DNA of 64,000 nt from the human T2T-CHM13v2.0 reference genome, Homo sapiens (GCF_009914755.1 NC_060948.1), one strand, 5' to 3'; shown: positions 42,741 to 57,282, counted from the first letter of the stretch. The notes: generated by a model not told the origin, from the sequence alone. Translations and numbers: made by a program.

Positions 42741-43994
42741 CATATATTTCAATGTGACTTAATTTTGACATGGATCGTTCTTTAGCATTTCAGATTCGGT
42801 GGAAACCTTGTCTTATAACCATGCTGACGAGAAAGTTTTCATACTACCCACGCTGACTATGAACACAAATCTTTAAAAACGCAGTCATCACCTCTCCCAA
42901 AGGACACAGGAAAGCAAGTATGGAAAAACGATTTGATGGAAAATCAAATCAGTTGCCACAAGAGTTCATTTTTACAAAGTTAAATAGTGTCAACAGGGCC
43001 TGCAAACCAATCACAACACTTCAAACACAAAATAGCACCTCTGAGGACTGAAATAACAACAACTTGGTCATGTTCCCAGATCCCCTCTGTGAGACTCACC
43101 AGTGAGCCAGGAAAGGCAAAGGCCAGGCAAATCCACTTCTAGCCATGACTTATAATTTTTGTCGAATTAAAATTATATTCTACTGAATAGTTGTCAGCAG
43201 GGGCTCAATAATTCACTTTGTCACTGTCAAAGTGTTCAGAACAAAAGGAGGTTTGAATGAATATAAGACTCAAACCAGTTCTCTATCTGAGGTTTCTGTG
43301 GGTTTGTGCCCAGGAAAGCAAAAGGCCCCATTATCTTCCCAGGACAGCCCAAGGGTAAGTTCTTCATCGCTGGGAAAATGATCCTGAGACTGCCAACAGG
43401 AGGCCAGGTTCAGTGGGTGACCAGAGTCCTCCCTGTCAGGAAACCTGACCCTGTGTACAAAAGCTCCTCTTTCTCCCTTCCAATGTCAAAGCCTGAGCTC
43501 ACGTGTGGCTCTCAAAGCTCCTCACAGGGCTGTGAGGCTGGGTGGAGGCAGTTGTTTATTCCAGAAAGATTTCCAGACCCGCACCCTCCCCGATCCTTGG
43601 CTGAACAAGGACTCTCTGGAAACTCCTGGCACGAGAAACAAGCTGTATCAGGTGTGACCAGATGGGGCCGCTCACTACTCACCCTTCAGCCTCGGGAATC
43701 CTTCTGGGCCCCTCCAATTCAAGCTCCAACACCCACAGAGCCAATGGCTCCCTCCCTGGCACCTGCAGAGAAGCTTCAGCCAAGGGGCAATTCCTTGGAG
43801 GAGCACAGGGCTCCAAATCACCTCTCAGGGGATTCTGTGCCACTGTAGGTCATTGCAAAGATGGGTGTCCACCGTCATTTATGGACAGGGTGGGGATGCT
43901 GTGTCTGTGCAGCACGGGGGCCAACCCCACAAAGCAACAACCATCTGCTCCAGAAAATGCTAAGAGCACCACCTTGAGAATCATCTAGAAGGAG

Positions 43995-44160
43995 CAAGAG
44001 CCCAAAAGTCGGAAAGCCTGGGTTTGCAACCCAGTGGGGCACACCAGCCTTGATTCCTAGGCAAACTCACCCACCCAGCCGTCTTCTAATTCCCCCCATG
44101 AAAATCAGAGCCACTACTTAATTTCAGGGCTGCTGTCAGGATCAAACGGGATATAAATAA
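43995..44160 (+). mobile_element. MIR SINE relic
   Basis: AAGCCTGGGTTTGCAACCCAG...CCTAGGCAAACTCAC...CATGAAAAT...CAGGGCTGCTGTCAGGATCAAA resembles the MIR core. Confidence 0.55.
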
Positions 44161-44348
44161 GATTATTTGTTATGGGCTGAACTGTGCCCCTCTAAATAAA
44201 TGTTGAAGTCCTAATGCCCATACCCTATGAATGTGATTTATTTGGGAATAGAATCTTTGTAGAGGTAATCAAGTTAAGATGATGTCATACAGGAGCAGGG
44301 TGGACCCTATTGCAATAACTGTGTCCTTAAAAAGGGAGTAAATCTGGA

Positions 44349-44657
44349 TATTAGCCCTTTGTCAGATGGATAGATTGCAAAAATTTTCTCCCATTCTGTA
44401 GATTGCCTGTTCACTCTGATGGTAGTTTCTTTTGCTGTGCAGAAACTCTTTAGTTTAGTTACATCCTACTTGTCTATTTTAGCTTTTGTTGCCATTGTTT
44501 TGGTGTTTTAGTCATGAAGTCCTTGCCCATGCCTATGTCCTGAATGGTACTGCCTAGGTTTTCTTCTATTGTTTTTATGGTTTTAGGTCTAGCATTTAAG
44601 TCTTTAATCCATCTTGAATTAATTTTTGTATAAGGTGTAAGGAAGGCATCCAGTTTC
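44349..44657 (-). mobile_element. L1PA inverted 5' segment (late ORF2)
   Basis: Antisense L1 ORF2: TATTAGCCCTTTGTCAGATGG...TAAGGTGTAAGGAAGGCATCCAGTTTC. Confidence 0.92.
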
Positions 44658-44658
44658 T

Positions 44659-45548
44659 TCTACAAAGAACTTAAACAAATTTATAAGAAAAATCAAACAA
44701 TCCCATCAAAAAGTGGGCAAAGGACATGAACAGACACTTTTCAAAAGAAGACAATTATGCAGCCAACAGACACATGAAAAAATGCTCATCATCACTGGTC
44801 ATCAGAGAAATGCAAATCAAAACCACAATGAGATACCATCTCACACCAGTTAGAATGGTGATCATTAAAAAGTCAGGAAACAACAGGTGCTGGAGAGGAT
44901 GTGGAGAAATAGGAACACTCTTATGCTCTTACTAGGAGTGTACACTAGTTCAACTGTTGTGGAATACAGTGTGGCAATTCCTCAAGGATCTAGAACTAGA
45001 AATACCATTTGACCCAGTGATCCCATTACTGGGTATATACCCAAAGGATTATAAATCATACCACTATAAAGACACATGCACATGTATGTTTATTGCGGCA
45101 CTATTCACAATAGCAAAGACTTGGAACCAACCCAAATGTCCATCAATGATAGACTGGATTAAGAAAATGTAGCACATATACACCATGGAATACTAAGTAG
45201 CCATAAAAAAGGATGAGTTCATGTCCTTTCAAGTGACATGGATGAAGCTGGAAACCATCATTCTGAGCAAACTATCACAAGGACAGAAAAACAAACACCG
45301 CATGTTCTCACTCATAGGTGGGAATTGAACAATGAGAACACTTGGACACAGGGCGGGGGAACATCACACATGGGGGCCTGTCTTGGTGAGGTGGGTTGGG
45401 GGAGGGATAGAATTAGGAGAAATACCTAATGTAAATGATGAATTAACGGGTGCAGCAAACCAACAAGGTGCATGTATCCATATGTAACAAACCTGCACAT
45501 GGTGCACATGTACCCTAGAACTTAAAGTATAATTTAAAAAAAAAGAGT
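44659..45548 (+). mobile_element. L1PA 3' segment (ORF2 C-terminus, 3'UTR, A tail)
   Basis: ORF fragments MNRHFSKED...[14 protein letters not shown] and DLELEIPFDPVIPLLGIYPKDYKS are L1 ORF2p; ends CCCTAGAACTTAAAGTATAATTTAAAAA. TSD GAGTAAATCTGGA (44336-44348) / GAGAAAATCTGGA (45549-45561). Confidence 0.95.
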
Positions 45549-46852
45549 GAGAAAATCTGGACACAGCATCACGCACACAGGGAGATGACCATGTGAATGG
45601 GCAGGGAGAGACTGGTGTGTCCCACCTGCAAACCCAGCAATGCTAAGATTGCTGGTAAGCCCCCAGCAGCTGGGGTAGAGTTAGAGAATCTGGGACAGAT
45701 TCTCCCTCAAGCCTCAGAAGGAACCAACCTTGCCTACCCCTTGACCTTGGACTTCCAGCCTCCAGAATGTGAGACAATACATGTCTGAGATTTAAGTCAC
45801 CAGTCTGTGGTTGGTTACGGCAGGCATGGGAACTCATAAACGTGTGAATCACCTGCCACTAATTGTGACAGCAAAAAAACAGCAGCAGCATCATCTCTGA
45901 GAGCGGAACTCAGCAGGTCGAGCATTCCCAGCTCCTAGGGAGCTCCCCTCCCTCCATATGTGATGGGAGCCGCCCGCATGTTTACACCAGCTCCGGGCAA
46001 GCCCACGACGTCAGAAGACCCTTTGGATGAATCCTACTTCAATTCTTCACTTACCCATCATTGACTCACTGTCTAATCAGGCAAACCCCAGGTCCAAGAG
46101 CAGGCCTGACACAGTACAGGTGACTGACACTAGCTGAATGATGTGGGAGCCACAAGGACAATAAATAAGAAGCAAACCAGCCTGAGGTCACCATTTGTAG
46201 TGGGGAAAGACACGTACTCAACTGTCACACAATATGGAAAAGGTAAAAATCCATGCTAACACGAGCTCCCTTGGGGACCCTGAGGAAGGAGTAAGTGACG
46301 CTGCTTGGTAAGGAGCGCGCATCATAGGCTGCTGCCCAGGAACACAGAGGGATATGTGAGTCTGGGGTAGGATTCCAAGTTGAGGGCCGAGCATAAGGAG
46401 AGGGAGGGAGGCAAAGGTAGAACAGTGATGAGTCTAGTGGTGGATGGCCCAAGACAGTTTCTGCCTTAAGTGACCCTTCCTGGTTCCACTATTACCAGTG
46501 TGAGCCTTGGCCATGTCAAGTTCTCCTTGAGGAGAACAGTATCTGATTCTGGTCTCCCCACAGCCCTGTGAGGTGGCTATTCCTTTACAATTTGTTAGAG
46601 ATATACTGAGTGAGTCAGTGATTTGTTAGATGACTCACAGATAGTACAGAAAGGATGGCAAAGACAACAGTGTGTAGGAAGTCCCAACTCTGGCCAACTC
46701 CTCTAAAGGATTACTGGAGGAAACACCTCTCTTCTCCTTGAGCTTCTATCTTCTGTGCACATGGTCTCACCAGGACAGGAGTGGGTGAGAGGACATGAAG
46801 ATGACCAAGATGTGCTCTTGTCCCTTAAAGAGTTCAGTGTCTACAAGGAGGG

Positions 46853-47985
46853 GATGATGATGATGGTGGTGATGGTGATGATGAAGTTGGTTGTAATGGT
46901 GATGATGGTGGTGGTAGTGGTGGCAGTGATGGTGGTGATAATGGTGATGATGGAGATGTTGGTAATGGTGATGATAGTGATCATGATGGTGATGGTGATG
47001 ATGGTGATGATGGTATTATGATAGTGATGATGGTGTTGGTGATGGTGATGATGATGATGATGGTGGTGATGATGATGGTGATAATGATGGTATGATGACA
47101 GTGATAATGTTGATGATGTTGGTGATGGGGATGGTAGTGGTGATGGTGATGGTGATAATGGTGATGGTGGTGATTATGAGGATGGTGGTGATGATGGTGA
47201 TGGTGACAATAATGGTGATAATGATGGTATTATGATAGTGATGATGGTGGTGATGGTGATGATAATGGTGATAATGACGGTATGATGGTAGTGATAATGG
47301 TGATGGTGATGGTGATGATGATGATGATAATGGTGATAATGATGGTATGATGGTAGTGATAATGGTGATGATGTTGGTGATGGGGATGATAGTAGTGGTG
47401 ATGATGATGGTGATGGTGGTGATGGTGATAACGGTGATGGTGATTATGAGGATGGTGGTGATGAAGGTGATGGTGACAATAACGGTGATAATGATGGAAT
47501 TATGATAGTGATGATGATGGTGATGGTGATGATGATGGTGATGATAATGGTGATAATGATGGCATGATGGTAGTGATAATGGTGATGGTGATGGGGATGG
47601 TATTGGTGATGATAGTGGTGATTATGAGGATGGTGGTGATGATGGTGATGGTGATAATGGTGATAATGATGGTGATTATGAGAATGGTGGTGATGGTGAT
47701 GATGGTATTATGATAGTGATGATGGTGATGGAGGTGATGGTGATGATGGTGGTGATGATGGTGATGATAATGGTGACAGTGATGGTATGATGATAGTGAT
47801 AATGGTGATGATGTTGGTGATGGGGATGGTGGTGGCGATGATGGCGATGATGATGATAATGATGGTGATCATAATGAGGATGATGATGGTGATGATGACA
47901 GTGGTCACTGCAATGATAACAGTAGTGGTGATGATGAAGATGATGATGATGACAGTGATAATGATAACCATGACACAGTGATGAT
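46853..47985. repeat. (GAT/GGT)n degenerate trinucleotide array, ~1.1 kb
   Basis: Continuous GATGGTGAT-type triplets; translates to poly-M/V low-complexity ORFs. Confidence 0.95.
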
Positions 47986-48240
47986 TACTATGTATTGAAT
48001 CCTAATAAGTCAGAAATTATGCTAACCATATCACCTTCACCACAACCCTAAGTGGATATTATGATTACTGTTTGTATAATATTATTACTGTTTAATAATA
48101 ATAATAATATTCTCTTTCTCTAGATAAAGAAGCTGAGCCTCAGAGACTCCAAGTAACTACCCGAAGGTCACATTTCTAGAAAGCAGTAGAAGTTTGATTG
48201 AAACCCAAGTCAAATCTCCCGATCTCCCGAGTCTTTGCTG
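47986..48240 (-). mobile_element. MIR SINE relic
   Basis: TTCACCACAACCCTAAG...AGATAAAGAAGCTGAGCCTCAGAGA...AAGTAACTACCCGAAGGTCACA...GATTGAAACCCAAGTC is an antisense MIR core. Confidence 0.7.
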
Positions 48241-48593
48241 TTCAAATGATAGATGATGTTCCCCTCTATACACACCCACTGCCAATCTTAGTGCAGGCAA
48301 AACATAAATTAGAGGCATAACCTGTTCTATTTCACTTTGCTTTGTTGAACTTCACAGAGAATTTGTTTTTGCAAATTGGAGGCTTGTGGCAACCCTGCAA
48401 CGAGAAAATCTATCAGTATGATTTCTCCAATAGCACATGCTCACTTCATATCTCTGTTACATTTGGGTAATTATGGCACTATGTCAAATTTTTCATAATT
48501 ATTATATCTGTTAGGATGATCCATGGTCAGTGATCTTTGATGTTACTATTGTTCTGGCGTGGCATGAACCACACCCATATAAGACAGGAAACA

Positions 48594-48915
<322 letters not shown>

Positions 48916-49807
48916 AGGAAACAATAAAAGTTCTGTGTGTTCTGACTCTTCCACTGACCAGCTGTTCTCCCATCTCTCTCCCTCTCCTTGGGCCTCCCTA
49001 TGCCCTAAAACACAATAATATTGAAATTAGGAGAAGTCATAACCCTACAGTGTCCCCTACATGTCCAAGTGAAAGGAAGAGTCACACATCTCTCATTTGA
49101 AATCAAAATCTAGGAGTGATTAAGCTTAACAAGGAAGCTTAACAAGAAAGTTGAGTCAGGCCAAAAGTGAGGCCTCCTGCACCAAAGAGTAAACCATCAC
49201 GTGAATGCAAACAAAATGTTCCTGAAGGAAATTAGAAGGGCCACTCCAGTTAACATGCAAATGATAAGTGAAACAGGCTTTAGTGCTGATAGGGAGAAAG
49301 TTTTAACCGCCAAACTTTGATGATCGAGATGGTCACAACATTCATTTAATCCAAAGCCTCATCCAGAGCAAGGCCCTGACTCTCTTCAATTCTCTGAAGG
49401 CTGAGAGAGGTGAGGAAGCTGCAGGAGAAAGGCTGGAAACCAGCAGAGGTTTATTCATAAGGTTGAAGGAAAGGAGCCGTCTCCATAGCAGGAAAGTGCG
49501 AGGTGAAGCAGCAAGTGCTGCTGGAGAAGCTGCAGCAAGTTCTCCAGAAGATCTCACTCAGATCATTGATGAAGGTGGCTACACTAAACAACAGATTTTC
49601 AGTGTAGACAAGACAGTCTTCTATTGAAAGAAGATGGCATCTAGGACTTTCGTAGCTAGAGAAAAGAAGTCAACGTCTGATTTAAAAGCTTCAAAGGACA
49701 GGCTGTCTTCTTAGGGGGCTAATGTAGCTGGTGACTTTAAGTTGAAGTCTATCCTAATATATCATTCAAAAAAACTGAGGGCCCTTAAGAATGATGCTAA
49801 ATCAATC

Positions 49808-50110
<303 letters not shown>

Positions 50111-50580
50111 CTAATTTAATCTGTGCTCTATAAATGGAACAACAAAGCCTGGATGACAGCACATCTGTTTACAGCACACGTTACTGAATATTGTAAGCCC
50201 ACTGTTGAGACCTAATGCTCAGATAAAGAGATTCTTTTCCAAATATTACTGCTCCTTGACAATGCACCTGGTCACTCAAGAGCACTGATGGAGATGTATA
50301 AGAAGATAAACGTTTTCATGCTTGCATACACAATATCCATTTTGCAGTCCATGGATTAAGGATTAGTTTTGACTTTCAAGTCTTATTATTTCACCATATA
50401 TCTTGTAAGACTATAGCTGCCATAGATTCCTCAGATGGAGTTGGGCAAAGTCAACTGAAACCTTCTGGAAAGAATTTAGCATTCCAGATGCCATTAAGAA
50501 TATGCATGTTTCATAAGAGGAGGTGGAAATGTCAACATTAACTTTGGAAGAAGTTGATTCCAACCCTCATAAACGACTTT

Positions 50581-50853
50581 TTTTTTTTTTTTTGAGATGG
50601 AGTCTCATTCTGTCACCCAGGCTGGAGTGCAGTGGAGTGATCTCGGTTCACCACAACCTCCGCCTCCCACCTCAGCCTCCTGAGTGGCTGGGACTACAGG
50701 TGCCCACCACCCCACCCTGCCAATTTTTTGTATTTTTAGTAGCGACAGGTTTTCACCATTAGCCAGGATGATCTCGATCTCCTAACCTCGTGATGTGCCC
50801 ACCTCGGCCTCCTGAAGTGCTGGGACTACAGGCTTGAGCCACCGTGCTCAGCC
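50581..50853 (-). mobile_element. Alu SINE (S/Y-like, ~20-bp internal deletion) within Tigger1, flanked by an 85-bp direct duplication
   Basis: Poly-T then GAGATGGAGTCTC...CACCGTGCTCAGCC; lacks the GGGTTCAAGCGATTCTCCTG segment. Confidence 0.92.
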
Positions 50854-52476
50854 AAGAATATTCACGACTCATAAGAGGAGGTGAAAATATCAACATTAAG
50901 TTTGGAAGAAGTTGATTCCAACTCTCATGGATGACTTTGAGTTATTCAAGTCTTTGGTGGAGGAAGGAACTGCAGATGTGGAAATAGCAAGAGAACTGGA
51001 ATTAGAAGTGGGACTGAATTGCTGCAATCTCATGATATAACTTGAATGGATGAGGAGTTGCCTCTTTGGGAGGAGCAGAGGAAGTGGTTTCCCAAGACGG
51101 AATCTACTCCTGGTGAAGATGCTATGAACACTGTTGAAATGTCCACACAGGATCTAGAATATTCCATAAACTCAGTGGATAAAGCAGTGCAGGGTTTGAG
51201 AAGATTTCATCCAATTTTGAAATAAGTTTTACTGTGGGTAAAATGCTATCAGACAGCAGTGCATGCTACAGAGAAATCGTTCGTGAGTCAATTAATGCAG
51301 AAAACTTCTTTGCTGTTTTATTTTACGGAATTGCCACAGCCACCCCAACCTTCAGCAACCACCACTCTGCTCAGTCGGCAGCCATCAACATGAGGCAACA
51401 CACTCCACCAGGAAAAAGATTACAGGCCACTGAAGATGCAGGTGATTCTTAAGTATTTTTAACAAGGTATTTTTTAATTAAGGTATATACACTGCTTTTT
51501 TAGACATTATGCTATTACATACTTAATAGACTACATAGAGTATAAATATAACTTTAATGTGCATTGAGAAATCAAAAAATGTGTGTGCCTCATTTTATTG
51601 CAAGATTCATTTTATTGCAGTGGTCTGGAACCAGACTCACTATCTCTAAGGTATGCCTGTTATGTAAGTCATTGAGAATGCTGAAGAAGATGTTGATGGT
51701 CAGGTCATTTCTGGATCAGAAGAAATATTCCCTTTGTTCAGACCTTCCAGGCTGCATACAACCCAGCACCCCAGCCTCCGGTGGACCAGCCATCCTCTCC
51801 GCGTCTGCCGGCTCGAGCCCCACTCATCCTTCCACTGGGGCCGAGGTCTCACGATGTCATCTCCCTGGCCTCCTGCAGGCTGAGCTGACCACTGGGCACC
51901 TTGGGTGGGAACACAGGGAGCTGCTCTGACTGCCCACAGCACTCAGGCCAGCTGACTGGCCCTGCTCCCTTTCCTGTCTGGCCTGTGAGTCTTGGCCTCT
52001 TCACCTTGCATTTCCTGTCTCCCAGGAAGGTGAGAGCAGTGCTGAGTTTCATATTTTGCCTTAGGATGGTTCTCCTCACTCTCTCCTAACTGGCAGGCAG
52101 GAGTTGGTCCCTCTGTCACTCAATCTCCTGAAGGCTGTGATGTCCAGATCGTTCCGAAACCTGCTGTGGGCCTGGCCCAAGGGGCTCAGGACACATAAAA
52201 CCTGCAAATGGATGTAACGAGATCTCTGAGACCCAAACCAGGCTGTCTTCTCCCTTATCTCCAGAAAGGCAGTACACACAGCATGAGACGTGGGTGGTGA
52301 CGCAGTGGGACAGGGGCTGACATGGTCAGGAGCTGTGGAGATGGCATTTGTGGCTGACACCAGCCCTGTGATGATGTTCTCAGGACTTCTTTAGGCCAGC
52401 TTCAGTTCTCTCTAAGTTCCCTTCATACCACAAAGGCCCTCAGCCACAAAAGGGAGCTGAGTCCTAGCACAAATGA

Positions 52477-52899
<423 letters not shown>

Positions 52900-53257
52900 A
52901 TTTCTGTTTTTAATTTGCATAACCAAACCGAAGCTATTAAACTTGGATGGCATTGAACAGCATTGGATCAACATTCCAGACAAGGAACACTCCTGGGTAG
53001 TATTATCCAACAGTCAAGAAAAGTCTGGACTTCACAGCGGGGCTGATGGGTGTTTCTGCCTACTGAGCCTTGCTTGTACTCAGTGGACTGTGCAGATCAT
53101 AAACTATAGCAATGATCCTGGTGAAGGGAGGCTACATCACTGAGGTCTGCAGAGCTGTAAGTTACAGAGCTAGGGTTGGCCATGCTGTTGAACAGAGTGA
53201 TACATCTACACCCCTCTTAGTACAGTTCATGTTCAAGCTCAAATCAAAACCAAAGAG

Positions 53258-53480
53258 CAGGCAAGGCAACATAGGGAAAAGGTCTCTATGAAAAATAAAA
53301 TTTTTAAAAAACTAGCCAGGCATAGTGGTATGTGTCTGCAGTCCCAGCTACTCTGGAGACAGAGACAGAAGTGTCCCCTGAGCTGGGAGGTTGAGGCTGC
53401 AGTGAACTACGATTGCACCACTGCATTCCAGCCTGGGTGACAGAGCAAGACCCCAACTCAAAACAAAACAAAAGAAAAAA
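53258..53480 (+). mobile_element. 5'-truncated AluJ-like SINE
   Basis: GGCAACATAGGG...GAGGTTGAGGCTGCAGTGAACTACGATTGCACCACTGCATTCCAGCCTGGGTGACAGAGCAAGACCC followed by an A-rich tail. Confidence 0.85.
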
Positions 53481-53643
53481 TGGAGAGAGTGAGGGAAAGT
53501 CACTCACACTTGGTTCACAAGAGTTACAAGTATTCTGCAAGGTGAGAGGCTAAGAACTGAGACTACTGGACTGTGGGCAGAATGCAGGCACTGGAGACAG
53601 GTAAAGGCAGCTGTGTTTGGCCTGAGTCTGCCACTTATGCTGA

Positions 53644-54031
53644 GTTATGAGTCACTCAGGCTGCTGTGGCAAAGCACCACAGAACAGGCTGCTTAAACCA
53701 CAGACATTTATTGTCTCCCATTCTGGAAGACATATCTGAGATCAAGATGTCTGCAGCGCTGGTTCCTCCGCAGGCCTCTCTTCCTGGCTTGCAGATGGAC
53801 GCCTTCTCTCTGTGTCCTCAGGTGGTTGTCCCTCTTTGTGTGTCTGCATCCTCACCTCTTCTTCTCATAAGGACTCCAGTCCGATGGGATCAGGGCCCAC
53901 TCTAACAACTTCATTTAACTTGATTGCCTCTGTAAAGACCCAATCGCCAAATAAAGTCTCATTCTGAGGTCCTGGGTTACAACTTCAATCGATATAGAAA
54001 TTTTGGTGGGGGAGAGACTTAGCCCACAACA
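53644..54031 (-). mobile_element. MLT1 (A/B-like) MaLR solo LTR
   Basis: GGCTGCTGTGGCAAAGCACCACAGA...TCTGAGATCAAGATGTC...CTTCCTGGCTTGCAGATGG...CATTCTGAGGTCCTGGG...AGCCCACAACA. Confidence 0.85.
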
Positions 54032-56937
54032 CTGAATGACCATGGGGTGAGTCTCTGCAACCTACCGAGGGCCACCACCTCCATGTGGTGGGACACGTCC
54101 GCACTGATGAGTAAGATACATAAACAATGGTGGATCAGCAAACCAGTGCCAAAAAGTATCTGGCCTGCCAGGGTCACAGCAGCTTCTTGGGCAATGCTGT
54201 TTTGATTTACAGCAATGTAGCAAGAAGAGTTTCCTGTGAGAGACTAAATTGCCTTCCAAATCTGCTTTGGGCCCTGTAAAATGGCGATGATGATGGGTGA
54301 TTTTGGAAGATTGTAGTGAGGACAAGGGAGTGTCTAAACAAAGCTTGAGAAAATGGTAAATATTATACCATATAAAATAGGTCTTATTGCCATGGGTTAT
54401 CTGAAGGCTGTGGAAAGGGCCATCCACAACATGAGGCTTGGATTATACTGATGGATTCAGGGACTTCCACCTCTATGGCTTCTGCTAATTCACCTTCCTC
54501 AGGTGAGACTTACATCCACCTTCCTCTTGACTTCTACCCAAGGAGCCCAGGAAAAGCCAAGAGAACAAGGGGGAAGAAATGCCAGAGCATCTCAGGTCAT
54601 GGCCCCATGGGGACATTCCCTATTCAGGATCTGGAGCCAGAAACACAGACCTCAGGGACGATCAAGATGCCAGCTCTGCAAACGAATGTAAGCAGTGTTC
54701 AGCACGAACTTAGGAAAGCCAGAAAAACTCCAAGTTTCTGAGCACATCATTCATTACAAAGAAGCGCATTTCACATTCAGAATTTCCTCTGCAGTTATGG
54801 TTTCTGTCATCATCAATTTCTGCATGATGCATTTTTAAGGGCCCATCATAAACACAAGCTTAGCAGGGGCCACAGAAAGGTACATGCAGACATCTTCGGG
54901 CCTTTGATAGCTGTTCACATGCAATCCATGTACTTGCACGCCTCTGACAGATAACCAACATCAAGGTCATCCCAAACTACAATTGGTTTATTCCCAAATG
55001 CAATTATCCAAATGAAATAATACTTCTTACTGTGGACAGAGGCCCATTGGACTGGTGCTCATGGTGGCAAACACTAAAACCCTGGCATGCACGGGTAACA
55101 CACGAAGCTGAAATCAGACACATCAATGGAACAGGGAAATACGGGGTGACCTTGACTCAGAAGGACAGCCTAGTCGGGGGGTGCTGAGGTCCAAGAGTCA
55201 GGCTTAGTGCTTCTGCATGTTTAAATGCCAATAAAGCATAACGGAGCTGTGGATTTGGTTTTCCAGTCAGAACATTTTTCGCACAGTGAAAGCTTCATGG
55301 CAGCCGCTGGATGCTGTGGTGAAGTGGTGGGCAGACTGTATCTCTGGGAGATTAGTAAGAGGCTGCCTGTCTGTCTCTGCTATTGTCAAGGTGATGCTAA
55401 ACTGGGAGACAATGCTAGGTTCTGCCAGCGGTCCATGGACTCCTTGGGGGTGACTTAATCTTCCTCTTTTCATAGCCATGATTTCAGGCAGAGCCATTGT
55501 AAAGCAGAGATCAGATGCTGGCCAGAGAAGTCCCTTTAGGAGCAATAAATTGAAGTGAAGTAACAGGCAGCCATGGAGGGGGAGTTATAATTTAAAATCC
55601 TGACTGCAGACACAAAACACTTACTATGCACCCACAGCCTGGCTCGTAAGCGTGTTAAACACATCATCTCTTCCTTATGTTCTCCGGAAGGCAGCATTAG
55701 TACCCCCAGGACCAAAGAGGAATACTCCAAAAATGCCAGATCATTCCCAGAGCCACACAGCTGCAAGAGGAGGAATGGTGATTAAGGGAGACCCCAAGGC
55801 TGAGCTAATGAGTCCAACTCGATCCTGGCAGCACACAGATGGAGCCATGAGTCAGGAAGATTAAGCCAGCAGGAGGCCAGAAAGTGGATTACAGAGGAGG
55901 CCACAGAAGCGGGTGAGGCTGCTGCCGGGACGCAGATGCTGCTCAGAAGCTCTGGTGCAGGAGGACTTGTCCGCCCAGAAGGGAGGGCAGCAAGTGAAGG
56001 GTGGAGGCTGGTGGGGAGGCAGAGTCAGAGCCAGGCTGGAGGAATTGTCCAGGTCCAAACTCAGAGCAAAGATGTTGGAAAAATTCCTCACCCTTGGATT
56101 TAACACAGAAAAGTAAAAACTGATGATCTGTGGCCCTGGTATTGCCACCCTCTGGATAAGCCTTACCAACTTGGGATGCCAGCAAAGAAGGGATGGCTGC
56201 TCCTCACCAGCATGGCCCCAAACCACAATACTCCTCCCACAGTGTGGGATTTACAGAGCTTTGCTACAGAACTTGTAGTAATTCCAGACCAAAGTCAATT
56301 TTCCTATACATTGTTTTCTCCATGAGATTTAAATAGGTATTAACTCCAAGCTAATGAGGAAGAGCACCTCAAGTCAGACGTTTTATGTGCAGGCTATGGA
56401 GACCCCGCAAACTGGGCCAATCTCTCCCATATACAAAGCACGAACCGAATAAGTAACAGAGGAAGGGTCCACATATAATCCTTACAATATTTGCTTTAAA
56501 TGATGTGTAAGAAAATAAAGTCCTTCTCTGCCTTTATCGAGGATGCCCTGTGACATGAATAATAACCAATATGATCAAGGTTTGACTTTCCATGGCAACT
56601 TTCATTGGAGGGCCCCAGGGCCTTCCCTTTTGTTCTAAACAATTTGTAACTCACCAGTTTCTTGACTAAAATGGTCAAGTGTAAACCACTCCTCTTAAGG
56701 ACATGGAGGCTAGTTTTCACTGCTGTATTACAGAGACAATAGAGGCAGAAGGCTGAGGGGCTGGGGAGCAGCACTCTCTTTGGCCTTAGCAACCAGTTAA
56801 TGAAACCATAAAGGAAATCAGATTCCATGCCTTCTACCTCCCCAAGAGGTAATCCAAATGCATAATACAAAGGACATGGTGGGGCTACTCAAAGTGGAGA
56901 CCAAAGATCCTAATCATGTATTTCTATAATCAAGAGA

Positions 56938-57282
56938 ATGGATAGATGGGTGAATGAGTGGATGGAGGGAGGGAGGGAGAGAAGGGTGAGGTGTGTAGGA
57001 AGATGAGTGGATACATGGATGGGTGGCTGGGTAGGTGGGTGGCTGGGTGGATGCATGGATGGATGGATGGATGGATGGATGGATGGATGGATAGATGGCT
57101 TCCTGGCTGGGTAGATGGGTGGCGGATGGATGGATGGATGGATGGATGGATGGATGGATGGCAGACAGGCAGGTAGGCTGGATGGATGGATAGATGGACA
57201 GATGAGTGAGTGGAGGGGGGATGTGGATGGGGAGATGTGGATGGGTTGGCGGGTCAGGGGATGGGTGGGTAGGTGGGTGGAA
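56938..57282. repeat. (GGAT)n / G-rich simple repeat
   Basis: TGGATGGATGGA runs at 57056-57091 and 57124-57161 within degenerate G-rich flanks. Confidence 0.9.

Larger units (their letters stand above)
44168..45842 (+). mobile_element. MLT1 (B/C-like) MaLR LTR split by an L1 insertion (LTR parts 44168-44348 and 45549-45842)
   Basis: TGTTATGGGCTGAACTGTGCCCC...GAGGTAATCAAGTTAAGATG at the 5' end and ACAGATTCTCCCTCAAGCCTCAGAAGGAACCAAC...CTTGGACTTCCAGCCTCCAGAA at the 3' end. Confidence 0.85.

Noticed and set aside
43306-43988. 180-aa and 108-aa ORFs in unique sequence
   Set aside because: No recognisable domain or exon structure; compatible with chance ORFs in GC-rich intronic DNA.
56958-57176. 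MDGW-repeat ORF and possible G-quadruplex region
   Set aside because: Translation of a (GGAT)n microsatellite, a common repeat with no specific evidence of function.
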